From assembly GCA_050259635.1 (NCBI GenBank), contig JBLNBA010000002.1, forward strand, positions 90,681 to 154,680: a stretch of 64,000 nt of DNA, read 5' to 3'. The DNA is from Bacillota bacterium (GTDB taxonomy: Bacteria; Patescibacteriota; Patescibacteriia; Patescibacteriales; UBA12465). Each line of letters starts with the position of its first letter. Positions within the stretch are counted from its first letter, which is position 1. Below the pieces are notes generated by a model. The model had not been told where the DNA came from. It did not search any database and saw only the letters and a program-made list of their open reading frames with translations. The position numbers were made by a program, and so were the translations under genes. Of the stretch, positions 34,604 through 43,726 are shown piece after piece.

Positions 34604-35363
34604 CTTCTACGGTTGCGATCAAAGGCGATAAAATATCCCTATCCGAAAGCATGGGGATTTTTTTTATTATCTTTCTCGATTTGGAACAAAGATTCAGGAT
34701 GCGCCTGGCATAGCGGTGGAAATATGCGGGTAGTTCTGCTGTTGTGGGCAGGGAAGACAGTCCTTCGTGAGCAAGGCTGCGTTTTCCCTTAAGCCAATCC
34801 TCCTGATAATCGTAAACATCATCTGCTAGTTGCTTTGCCGCTAGACTGAAACGTAAAGCGCTTTCAAGCCGATTAATTTCTTCAGCGGAAATACGCCCTG
34901 AAGCTAAATAGAGAAGAGGAGCAATTAAGAAAACGGACTTGCCGCAGGCTGAGACTTCGTTCGCTGGCGGGACATGTTCTAACTCATCAGCGTTAGCCGC
35001 CGAGCTTTCTAAGAGCAGCCTTAGATAGCGTCCGGAGAAGAAATGGCGTCCGATAATCCTGGCGGCGGAAATCAAGCAGGCTTCCGATAAAAGGCCATTA
35101 GAACGAGGAGCGTTATCTTCGTCCAGAACGTCGTCTTGGAGGTTAGCCGCCGTCCAGAGAAGAAGGCTTGCGGCCGCGGATTTTCCAGCGCTCTCGGTAA
35201 GGCCTAAGGCTTCGCCAAGCGCCATGGAGACGCCGCTAATCAATCCGTTCTCATCGTCCGTCAAGGTTTTCTGCCAGTATGGCTTTATCAATCTCCTCAG
35301 GGTGGCTGGCCATGTGGAAAACTCTGAATTAATCAGGCGGCAAGCAAATGTGAAGGCAGGCAT
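34530..35363 (-). CDS. Divergent polyprenyl synthase-like (class I isoprenoid fold) protein
   Basis: Two Asp-rich motifs, LQDDVLDEDNAPRSNG and LADDVYDYQED, with CGKSVFLIAPLL between them. Start is uncertain (35363 or the internal Met at 35225). Confidence 0.5.
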   Translation of the reverse strand: MPAFTFACRLINSEFSTWPATLRRLIKPYWQKTLTDDENGLISGVSMALGEALGLTESAGKSAAASLLLWTAANLQDDVLDEDNAPRSNGLLSEACLISAARIIGRHFFSGRYLRLLLESSAANADELEHVPPANEVSACGKSVFLIAPLLYLASGRISAEEINRLESALRFSLAAKQLADDVYDYQEDWLKGKRSLAHEGLSSLPTTAELPAYFHRYARRILNLCSKSRKIIKKIPMLSDRDILSPLIATVEANCQKCLASLSLPDPIGHTETRTH

Positions 35364-36706
35364 AGGCTGAAGGCGCTACCTTTTCCTCGTCTGCTTGAAA
35401 CTTTGATTTGCCCCCCAAAATCGTTTTCGGTGATTTCTTTGACGACGCTTAATCCGAGTCCGAGATTTTTTCCATTTTCCGCCTTAGTGGAGTAGAAGGC
35501 GGTGAAGATCCGCTGCAATCTATCAGCCGGGATTCCGCAGCCTTGGTCTTCGACTTTGATGATAATCCCGTTCCGCGGGTGTTCTGCGGCGCTAATCCTG
35601 ATTTCTTTGCCGTTTGCCTCTGGGGAAGCACAAGCCTCGATAGCGTTGGAAATAAGATTCATCACGACCTGACCGAAGCGGGTAGAACCGCCAGTTAGGC
35701 GGATTTCCGGTCCCGAGTCCTGGGAGATGGATATTCCTTGAGCACCGGCTTTAGCACGCATTATCCGGCGGATTTTGGAAATTTCGCTTCTGACACCGAA
35801 GACATCTCCGCGAGGCCGCCGGCGCAGGCAGGAGGTCGCGCTTTCGATGAGGTCACGGATCCTGCCCGTAGCGGCCAGGGCTTGTCCTAATTTTTCTTTA
35901 TTGTCAGATTGCGTATCTTGAGAAAGCTGTTCTAAATTTAAGCTGACCGAGGTAAGAGGATTAACGATGTCATGGAATATGCCTCCAGAAAGTTGCCCTA
36001 TTGCCGCCAAAACTTGCAGCTGTTCCACTTTTTCTCTTTGCATGGCGGCTATGGCTTTTGTCCTTTCTGCGACCGCCATCTCTAAACCGTCCCTTTCTTT
36101 AAGCAAAGCCGATTGCGCTTCCTTGAGCGCCGCGAGGGCTCGCCGGTTTTCCCGGACGATCAGCCAAGCAAGCAGAAAGATGGCGGCAAAAATAAGGACA
36201 TAAGAGACAGAGTCTACTGGGTGGTTCGGATTTAGACGCCAATCGGAAGCGATAGGTATTAACTTTTTAAATTGAAGGATAGAGAGCGATATCATTGCCG
36301 CCGATAAGCCGCTGGCGACTAAAAGAGCAGGTAAAGAACCCAGGAACATTCCGGCTAAAAGCGATATCAACACCGACATCAGGATGCCGGCAGGGAGGTC
36401 CGCGCCCCAGAGGAAGAAACAATATACGGTGGGCATTGCATAGGCGGTGATGAGTAGCCAGGCTGCCGGTCTTTCGTAACCATGTCGCGCGAGGCGCCAG
36501 AGGAAAATCAAAACGAGTAACAGCAGCAAGGTTGCATATAGGGGCAGACCGGTATTGTGAGGATCGACAATATAATCGTATATCCGGATTATATTAAGTA
36601 GAGCGACAATGATAGCCGAAAAAATGGCACAAGCCTGGATTTTTTGGCTAGATGAATGTGCTGGCGTTTTTCCGAAGATGGCGGCGTATATTCTTTCTCG
36701 GTTCAT
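35333..36706 (-). CDS. Sensor histidine kinase with a multi-TM N-terminal domain
   Basis: About 6 TM helices, H-box GGIFHDIVNPL, N/G boxes (NLISNAIEA, DQGCGI, GLGLSV). Confidence 0.85.
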   Translation of the reverse strand: MNRERIYAAIFGKTPAHSSSQKIQACAIFSAIIVALLNIIRIYDYIVDPHNTGLPLYATLLLLLVLIFLWRLARHGYERPAAWLLITAYAMPTVYCFFLWGADLPAGILMSVLISLLAGMFLGSLPALLVASGLSAAMISLSILQFKKLIPIASDWRLNPNHPVDSVSYVLIFAAIFLLAWLIVRENRRALAALKEAQSALLKERDGLEMAVAERTKAIAAMQREKVEQLQVLAAIGQLSGGIFHDIVNPLTSVSLNLEQLSQDTQSDNKEKLGQALAATGRIRDLIESATSCLRRRPRGDVFGVRSEISKIRRIMRAKAGAQGISISQDSGPEIRLTGGSTRFGQVVMNLISNAIEACASPEANGKEIRISAAEHPRNGIIIKVEDQGCGIPADRLQRIFTAFYSTKAENGKNLGLGLSVVKEITENDFGGQIKVSSRRGKGSAFSLCLPSHLLAA

Positions 36707-36899
36707 ATAATAAAAGCCTTCCCTCCTTGCGGAGGGAAAGAATTTAGCTTCGCCAGGGCGTCCCTGGGTTGTCGACCCTGCGCTCGGGGCTAAGAGTTTC
36801 GTTTAACATAAGAGTGGTAGCGATATTTTTTATAGCTGCGGTCGACCCGGAGTTTTGCTCCCCGCTTTTTTATTTTAGCGCAGAGCGATTAACGGCAGC

Positions 36900-37595
36900 T
36901 TAACAATTTTTTGACAGCTCCAGGCGGTACCCTCTTCCGGGAATATTAGCAATGAGGCGTTCTCCCTTTTTTTCTACCTTATGTCGGAGGCGGTAGATAT
37001 GGGTTTCGAGCGTATTCGAGAAAGTATCGATGTCACCTCCCCAGACATGCTCCAAGATATCTTCTCTCTTGATCAATCGTCCGGCATTGCGGATTAAAAA
37101 ATAGAGCAATGAAAATTCCTTATTGGATAAGTACAAGGTATTCTTACCGCGAGTCGCTTTGAAACTGGCAGGATCGACCGAAATATCCCCGAAGCGGGCG
37201 ATGGTGGGCTTGATGGCGGTTGGCCGGCGCAAGAGTGCGCGGACTCGTGCCAAAAGCTCTTCGCCGGCGAAAGGCTTAGGAAGGTAATCATCCGCGCCTG
37301 CATCGAGAATGCCGATCTTGTCTTTCAGGGATTGGCGCACGCTCAACATGAGGATGGGACAGCGGACGCCGTCCTCGCGGATTTCCTTGATCATACTGAA
37401 GCCGTCTAGCTTCGGCATGATGTAATCGGTAATAATGAGGTCGTACTCATTGGTACGGGCCAGAAAGGAGCCTTGTTCTCCGTCTCCTGCCTGGTCGGCG
37501 GCGTAACCAGCCTTTTCCAATAAGGAAGTGATGAGTGAACGTAGGTCTTTTTCATCTTCGATAAGAAGGATTCGCATATTAAAATATTTTATCAT
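36900..37595 (-). CDS. OmpR-family response regulator
   Basis: REC domain (LLIEDE...DLIITDYIMPKLDG...KP) plus a winged-helix domain (LSNKEFSLLYFL...GRGYRL). Confidence 0.9.
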   Translation of the reverse strand: MIKYFNMRILLIEDEKDLRSLITSLLEKAGYAADQAGDGEQGSFLARTNEYDLIITDYIMPKLDGFSMIKEIREDGVRCPILMLSVRQSLKDKIGILDAGADDYLPKPFAGEELLARVRALLRRPTAIKPTIARFGDISVDPASFKATRGKNTLYLSNKEFSLLYFLIRNAGRLIKREDILEHVWGGDIDTFSNTLETHIYRLRHKVEKKGERLIANIPGRGYRLELSKNC

Positions 37596-37707
37596 AATTT
37601 TCGCTAAAATGTCTCTTTTAAATATTATAAGCTAAACGGGATAACATCCGATTAACATCTCCCGTTGCCATTAATAAGGAATCAAGATAATATAAATGTA
37701 GTTATAT

Positions 37708-39786
37708 ATGGGCACTTTCAAGAAAAAACGCTTTTTTTTGGGTGATTATTCCGCGCAGGAGAAGATCAATGATCCTTTCGTAATTAAGGAAGGCGGCTTT
37801 CGTTTTGGCCAGCTCAAGGATTCTGCTTATTATACTGATTGGACTGAACATTCTTTTATTTCTCAGGAAAGCGACAAGGAGGTAGTCGGCCGCACTTTCA
37901 ATGAACGGAAGTTCTTTGTCATCAAATTCATTTTTGCTTCACTGATGATCGTCCTCGGCGTAAGAACGGCGTGGCTGCAAGTGGCCAGAGGGGAGCATTA
38001 TGCAGGTTTAGCGGAGGGCAACCGCTTACGGATTGAAAACATAGAACCAAAGAGAGGCATTATTTATGACCATCAAGGCCGGGCTTTGGTCGGCAATACC
38101 GCGAACTTCGTGCTTTCTCTCAGGCCGATTGACCTGCCCAAGGATGAATTGGAAAGAGATGAGCTCTTGCGTTACGTGGGCAGGATTTTAGACGGGATCC
38201 AAGAAGAAGGAACTCAGCCTGGAGGCATCGCCTTATTGCCGGATGGCCCATCTTTTGCCTTGATGAAGGAAGAATTATCCAAGATCAAGCTGCGCTCGCT
38301 CGAAGCCTATCAGCCAATTTTTATCGCGGATAACATCGAATACGAAAAAGCGATGCGTCTCATTCTCGAGCGAGATAATCTAAGCGGCGTGACTATAGAT
38401 ACTAAAATCCGCCGCCAATATCCCTATACCGCCTCCGTTCTGCCTGAAGAAATAAAAGTGGAGAGTCTGGCGCATATCCTCGGCTATACGGGAAAAATCA
38501 CTCAAGACGCCTTGGATGCCGCTGAGCCCGACCAGTACACCCTGATTGATTACGTCGGAAAAACAGGCCTGGAATATTCTTGGGAGAAGGAGCTTAAAGG
38601 AGTGAAAGGGCGTACGAGCATCGAAGTTGATGCTCTTGGACGGCGGAAGAAGATCGTTAGCGAGACTCCGGCCGTTCCCGGATATAATCTCAGGCTCTCC
38701 TTGGATTTTGATTTGCAGCACCAGGCGGAAACAGTCGCAAAAGCCTGGATGGAGAAGACGAACACCCATCGGGTTTCGATTATCATCGAGGAGCCAGCTA
38801 CGGGCCGGATCTTATCCCTCGTTAGCCTGCCTGCTTATGACAACAATCTATTTGCCCGCGGAGTGACGCAGGCGGAATATGACATTTTTTTAAAGGATGA
38901 AGATAATCCTCTGTTTAATCGGGCGATAAGCGGAGAAGTGCCATCGGGTTCAACTATCAAGCCGGTAATAGCGTCGGCGGCTTTGCAGGAGAAGGTGGTA
39001 TCAGAAAATACGAGCTTCCTCAGTTCCGGAGGCTTGCGTATCGGCCAGTGGTTTTTTCCTGACTGGAAAGCCGGTGGACACGGGACGACCGATGTCCGCA
39101 AGGCGTTGGCGGAATCCGTGAATACCTTCTTCTATTACGTGGGCGGGGGTTATCAGGATTTCGTCGGTTTAGGCGTCGATCGCTTAGTGAAATATATGCG
39201 CCTCTTTGGCTTGGGTGTGAAGACGGGCATCGATCTCAATGGTGAAAGCGCCGGTTTCGTTCCGACTAAAGAATGGAAAGAAGAGACCAAGAACGAGGCA
39301 TGGTATATCGGCGATACTTACCATATTTCCATCGGGCAGGGAGATGTTCTGGTCACGCCTCTGCAAGTGGCCAATTTTACCGTGGCGGTCGCTAATGGAG
39401 GGAAACTCATGAAGCCTACTCTGGTCGAGGAAATCTTAGATGAAGATAATAAGCTAATTAGAAAGATTGAACCGGAAATCATCCGAGAGAATTTTATCGA
39501 CAGTTATAATCTCCAGGTAGTGCGCGAGGGAATGCGGCAAACGGTTACCGCCGGTTCTGCTCGCAGCCTAAGCATCGTGCCGGTAGCGGTGGCTGGGAAA
39601 ACCGGGACCGCTCAGTGGTCCAGCAAGAAAGCGAACCATGCTTGGTTTACCGGTTTTGCTCCTTATGAGAATCCAGAAGTGGTTATTACCATTCTCGTTG
39701 AGGAAGGACGTGAGGGTAGCGAGGTGGCGGTGCCGATGGCTAAAGAAATCCTGCAATGGTATTTCCGGGACAGGGTAGCGCAATAG
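37708..39786 (+). CDS. mrdA: Penicillin-binding protein 2 (class B transpeptidase)
   Basis: N-terminal anchor, dimerisation domain, SGSTIKP (SxxK), KTGTAQ. Confidence 0.9.
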   Translation: MGTFKKKRFFLGDYSAQEKINDPFVIKEGGFRFGQLKDSAYYTDWTEHSFISQESDKEVVGRTFNERKFFVIKFIFASLMIVLGVRTAWLQVARGEHYAGLAEGNRLRIENIEPKRGIIYDHQGRALVGNTANFVLSLRPIDLPKDELERDELLRYVGRILDGIQEEGTQPGGIALLPDGPSFALMKEELSKIKLRSLEAYQPIFIADNIEYEKAMRLILERDNLSGVTIDTKIRRQYPYTASVLPEEIKVESLAHILGYTGKITQDALDAAEPDQYTLIDYVGKTGLEYSWEKELKGVKGRTSIEVDALGRRKKIVSETPAVPGYNLRLSLDFDLQHQAETVAKAWMEKTNTHRVSIIIEEPATGRILSLVSLPAYDNNLFARGVTQAEYDIFLKDEDNPLFNRAISGEVPSGSTIKPVIASAALQEKVVSENTSFLSSGGLRIGQWFFPDWKAGGHGTTDVRKALAESVNTFFYYVGGGYQDFVGLGVDRLVKYMRLFGLGVKTGIDLNGESAGFVPTKEWKEETKNEAWYIGDTYHISIGQGDVLVTPLQVANFTVAVANGGKLMKPTLVEEILDEDNKLIRKIEPEIIRENFIDSYNLQVVREGMRQTVTAGSARSLSIVPVAVAGKTGTAQWSSKKANHAWFTGFAPYENPEVVITILVEEGREGSEVAVPMAKEILQWYFRDRVAQ

Positions 39787-39813
39787 GATTATATCTAAAG
39801 GAATTTAACCGCA

Positions 39814-39840
39814 TTAGCACTCTCTTGACTTGAGTGCTAA
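39814..39840 (+). promoter_or_regulatory. CIRCE operator (HrcA binding site) overlapping the hrcA promoter
   Basis: TTAGCACTC-N9-GAGTGCTAA, a perfect consensus. It overlaps the -35/spacer of promoter TTGACT-17-TATAAT (39825-39853). Confidence 0.9.
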
Positions 39841-39874
39841 TTTTGTTTATAATGGGTCTAGCTAAAGAAAAGTT

Positions 39875-40564
39875 ATGGAACTAAATGAACGCCAGAAATT
39901 AATCCTTAAGACCTTGATCAGGGAATATGTGCACAGTGCCCAACCGGTTTCATCCGGCGTATTAGTGGAGAAGTACCGTTTGGATATCTCTCCTGCTACA
40001 GTGCGTAACGAGCTCATGGTCTTGGAGGAACAAGGATATATCTATCAGCCGCATACTTCAGCGGGGCGGGTTCCGACCGAAGCGGCCTATCTCCTTGATT
40101 TGGAAGAGAGCAGCTTGCGTCGCCGGGAGCTAAAGGCATCTGATAAGGAAATACTTCAGGAAGCCCTTGAGGTGGCAGCGGATTCTCTTAAGCCGGCCGC
40201 CAAAGCCTTGGCGGAATTATCTGGTAACGCCGTTTTCTGGGCCTTCCATAAGAATGATCTCTATCATACTGGTTTGTCCAATCTCTTCGCACAGGCAGAG
40301 TTCCGCCAATCTGACGTCCTTTTCGATGTATCGAAAGTGATTGATCGGATGGAAGAGATAATCGACGGATTATTCGATGAGATCCCAGACGGCACTAAGA
40401 TTTATCTGGGCAATGAGAATCCCTTCGGCGCCTTTCTAGGGACCGCTATCCTCAAGTATCGTCGCGGAGGCGTTTCCGGATTGTGCGGCATTCTTGGTCC
40501 GATGCGGATGGATTATCCTCGCAGCCTTTCTTTACTTGTTCATCTTGAAGATAATTTAAAATGA
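39875..40564 (+). CDS. hrcA: Heat-inducible repressor HrcA (short form, 229 aa)
   Basis: N-terminal wHTH LNERQKLILKTLIREYVHSAQPVSSGVL...SPATVRNELMVLEEQGYI. Confidence 0.85.
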   Translation: MELNERQKLILKTLIREYVHSAQPVSSGVLVEKYRLDISPATVRNELMVLEEQGYIYQPHTSAGRVPTEAAYLLDLEESSLRRRELKASDKEILQEALEVAADSLKPAAKALAELSGNAVFWAFHKNDLYHTGLSNLFAQAEFRQSDVLFDVSKVIDRMEEIIDGLFDEIPDGTKIYLGNENPFGAFLGTAILKYRRGGVSGLCGILGPMRMDYPRSLSLLVHLEDNLK

Positions 40565-41214
40565 TTATGACAAAGCTTGGGATTTATAAACACTATAAAG
40601 GTGGAGAATACGAACTGGTAGAAATCGCTACTAACAGCGAGGACAAGAAAGAGATGGTCATATACCGTTCAATGGGCGATGGCAAGCTATGGGCGCGCCC
40701 GCTTGCGCTGTGGGAGGAAGAGGTTGAGCTGGAAGGAAAGAAAGAGCCGCGATTCCGCTTTTTGCGGGAATCAGAGAAAGATAACTTCGAGCATAAGTAT
40801 CTTCGCGCTTTGGCGGATTATCAAAACTTGTTAAAGCAATCGGCTAAGGATAAGGAAGAGTTTATCAAATACGTGCTGGAAGATTTCCTCCACGAAATCC
40901 TCCCGGTCTATGACCATCTTAAGCTCTCGGTTTCAAGCTTAGGGGAGACTGAAAAAGACAGTGCCTGGGTGAAGGGAGTGGAATATGTGCTCAAGCAATT
41001 CAAAGACGTCTTGGAATCGCATGGAGTGAAAGAGATAAAGACGGTAGGCGAAGCTTATGATTATCACCGGATGGAAGCGATCGATGGGAAAGGCGACAAA
41101 GTAGTGAAAGAAGTCCGCCCCGGATATGATCTTAACGGCCGGGTGATCCGCCCGGCAAAAGTCATCGTTGGCGGAGAAGAAAGCGATCTAAACAACACAA
41201 ACGAGAAAGAATAA
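40561..41214 (+). CDS. grpE: GrpE nucleotide exchange factor with an N-terminal DUF1653-like domain
   Basis: N-terminus LGIYKHYKGGEYELVEIATNSE...VIYRS...WARP...RFRF. GrpE core YLRALADYQNL...; ATGA overlap with hrcA. Confidence 0.85.
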   Translation: MIMTKLGIYKHYKGGEYELVEIATNSEDKKEMVIYRSMGDGKLWARPLALWEEEVELEGKKEPRFRFLRESEKDNFEHKYLRALADYQNLLKQSAKDKEEFIKYVLEDFLHEILPVYDHLKLSVSSLGETEKDSAWVKGVEYVLKQFKDVLESHGVKEIKTVGEAYDYHRMEAIDGKGDKVVKEVRPGYDLNGRVIRPAKVIVGGEESDLNNTNEKE

Positions 41215-41271
41215 ATATTTTATGAGCCCTTCTTTAATCAAGCAAGTTGATAAAGAAAGGCAACGAAATCT

Positions 41272-41718
41272 ATGTCAATTATAAAATGGAACCCATTCTT
41301 ATCCGACGGTTACGGATACGACGACATGGATAAGCTGATGAGCGAATTCTTGCCGGCCGTCCGCGGTAGCCAGTTCGGTTTTACGCCTGCTCTCGATATG
41401 TACGAGGACAAAGAAAATATCATTGTCGAGACGCAGCTCGCGGGCATTGACCCGGAAAAAGTAAGCATCTCCATTGAAAACGACATCCTCTGCATTAAGG
41501 GAGAAAGCGAGCGGAAGAGCGAAGTGGATGAAAAGAATTATTATCGCAAGGAAATCAGGCGCGGTTCATTCTACCGCACGGTTCCTTTGCCGGCCAAGGT
41601 AGACGGGGATAGGGCTACAGCTGTAACGGAAGAGGGTATCCTGAAGATTACCATCCCTAAAGCTCCCGAAACCAAGCCCAAGAGCATTAAGATCCAAGCA
41701 GGCAATAGTAAGAAATAA
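41272..41718 (+). CDS. Hsp20/alpha-crystallin small heat shock protein
   Basis: [26 protein letters not shown]...GILKITIPK. Confidence 0.9.
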   Translation: MSIIKWNPFLSDGYGYDDMDKLMSEFLPAVRGSQFGFTPALDMYEDKENIIVETQLAGIDPEKVSISIENDILCIKGESERKSEVDEKNYYRKEIRRGSFYRTVPLPAKVDGDRATAVTEEGILKITIPKAPETKPKSIKIQAGNSKK

Positions 41719-41761
41719 GTTTTTAAAAAGACAAATTAATTCAGCTACAAAAAACAATAAT

Positions 41762-43648
41762 ATGGGAAAAATTTTAGGCATCGATCTGGGTACTACGAAT
41801 TCGGCCATGGCTATCATGGAGGGAGGAGCGCCAAAGATCTTAGAAAACATCGAAGGTAATCGCACGACCCCATCCATTGCGGCCGTCTCTAAGAACGGTG
41901 AACGCTTAGTGGGAGCATCCGCCAAACGCCAAGCAGTGATCAACCCGGAAAATACTGTATACGCAGTCAAGCGCCTTATCGGCCGTAGCTTCGGAGATGA
42001 AGAGGTACAGCGCGACCTTAATACCGTCCCTTATAAGATCGTCCAATCTGGACAGGGCGTAAAAGTCAGGATGAGCGACAAGGAATATTCCCCGCAAGAG
42101 ATCTCGGCGATGATCCTCGCTAAGCTTAAAGCTGACGCCGAAGCGAAGATTGGCGAGCCGATTACCGAGGCGATTATTACCGTACCCGCTTATTTCGACG
42201 ACTCACAACGCCAGGCGACCAAGGATGCCGGCCAGATCGCCGGCCTAGAAGTGAAGCGCATCATCAATGAGCCGACAGCGGCCGCCCTGGCATATGGTTT
42301 CGATAAGAAGCAGGGGCAGAAAATCGTCGTCTATGATCTTGGCGGCGGGACCTTTGATGTATCCGTTCTAGACATATCCGCCGATACGGTCGAAGTGAAA
42401 GCGACGAATGGCGATACCCATCTTGGAGGAGAAGATTTTGATAAGCGCATCATCGATTGGATCATAGAAGAATTCAAGAAGGACCAGGGCATTGACCTTT
42501 CCAAGGATACTTTGGCGCTCCAGCGTATTAAGGAATCGGCGGAGAAGGCGAAGATTGAGCTTTCGACCGCTATGGAGACAGAGATCAACCAGCCTTTCAT
42601 CTCGACCGACCAGAACGGTCCTAAGCATCTGGTAATGAAGCTTAGCCGGGCTAAGCTCGAGTCTCTGGTTGCCGACCTTGTCGAGAAGACGATTGAACCC
42701 TGCAAGAAGGCTTTAGCGGATTCCGGCTTTAACCTGTCCGATATCAATGAGGTTCTAATGGTTGGCGGCATGACTCGCATGCCCCTGGTTTTACAGAAAG
42801 TGAAAGGATTCTTCGGTAAGGAACCTAATTTGAGCGTTAATCCTGATGAGGTGGTAGCAATGGGAGCGGCCGTGCAGGCCGGTGTCTTACAGGGCGACGT
42901 CAAGGACGTCCTCTTGCTCGACGTTACCCCTCTTACCTTAGGAATAGAGACCTTGGGAGGAGTATCAACTCCTCTCATTGAACGCAATACGACTATCCCT
43001 ACCTCTAAGTCCCAGATTTTTTCCACGGCCGCGGATGGACAGACTAGCGTTGAGATCCACGTTGTCCAGGGCGAACGCCCGATGGCCGGGGACAACAAGT
43101 CTTTAGGCCGGTTTATCCTTGATGGCATCCCTACCGCTCCGCGCGGCGTTCCGCAGGTTGAAGTCAAATTCGACCTTGACGCCAACGGCATCTTGAATGT
43201 AAGCGCTACCGATAAAGCGACCGGCAAGCAACAGAAGATTACCATCACCGCTTCCTCCGGTTTGTCTAAGGAGGAGATTGAACGGATGAAGAAGGAGGCG
43301 GAAGCCCATGCGGAAGAGGATCGCAAGAAGAAGGAGGAGGTTGAAACGAAGAACCAGGCGGACGCGGTGGTTTTCACGGCGGAAAAAATGCTTAAGGAAT
43401 CCGGCGATAAGATGAAGGCTGAGGACAAGGCAGAATTAGAGGCTAAAACCTCTGATCTTAAAAAATCTAAGGATGCCGGTGATATCGAAGGCATGAAGAA
43501 GGGTATGGAGGCCCTAAATGCCGTCGCTCAGCGGATCGGCGGGGCCATGTATCAGCAGGCGCAACCTGAAGCCGGGGCCGCCCCTGAGGATAAGAAGAAT
43601 GATAAGGATGATACGGTGGTAGAAGGAGAAGTTGAAGAAAAAAAATAA
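41762..43648 (+). CDS. dnaK: Chaperone DnaK (Hsp70)
   Basis: [25 protein letters not shown] and a C-terminal lid. Confidence 0.98.
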   Translation: MGKILGIDLGTTNSAMAIMEGGAPKILENIEGNRTTPSIAAVSKNGERLVGASAKRQAVINPENTVYAVKRLIGRSFGDEEVQRDLNTVPYKIVQSGQGVKVRMSDKEYSPQEISAMILAKLKADAEAKIGEPITEAIITVPAYFDDSQRQATKDAGQIAGLEVKRIINEPTAAALAYGFDKKQGQKIVVYDLGGGTFDVSVLDISADTVEVKATNGDTHLGGEDFDKRIIDWIIEEFKKDQGIDLSKDTLALQRIKESAEKAKIELSTAMETEINQPFISTDQNGPKHLVMKLSRAKLESLVADLVEKTIEPCKKALADSGFNLSDINEVLMVGGMTRMPLVLQKVKGFFGKEPNLSVNPDEVVAMGAAVQAGVLQGDVKDVLLLDVTPLTLGIETLGGVSTPLIERNTTIPTSKSQIFSTAADGQTSVEIHVVQGERPMAGDNKSLGRFILDGIPTAPRGVPQVEVKFDLDANGILNVSATDKATGKQQKITITASSGLSKEEIERMKKEAEAHAEEDRKKKEEVETKNQADAVVFTAEKMLKESGDKMKAEDKAELEAKTSDLKKSKDAGDIEGMKKGMEALNAVAQRIGGAMYQQAQPEAGAAPEDKKNDKDDTVVEGEVEEKK

Positions 43649-43726
43649 TTAATTTTTTATCAGGACTTCTTTCAGCGGCTCTCTGGGTGAGGGCCGCTGT
43701 ACTGAATTTCGGATCAAATAGTATTT

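Noticed and set aside
36767-36850. The two GTCGACCC copies as terminal repeats of a miniature mobile element, or a ZTP-riboswitch-like GGGTCG...CTGGCG motif
   Set aside because: The repeats are only 8 nt, with no target-site duplication or other copies seen. The ZTP-like words are interrupted by a 15-nt insertion, lack the downstream pseudoknot partner, and the genetic context (a histidine kinase) does not fit.
42331-43494. 387-aa ORF antisense to dnaK
   Set aside because: It lies entirely inside the highly conserved dnaK frame. Its translation is low-complexity and Ser/Ala/Pro-rich with no motif. It is a typical mirror-frame artefact of a codon-biased gene.
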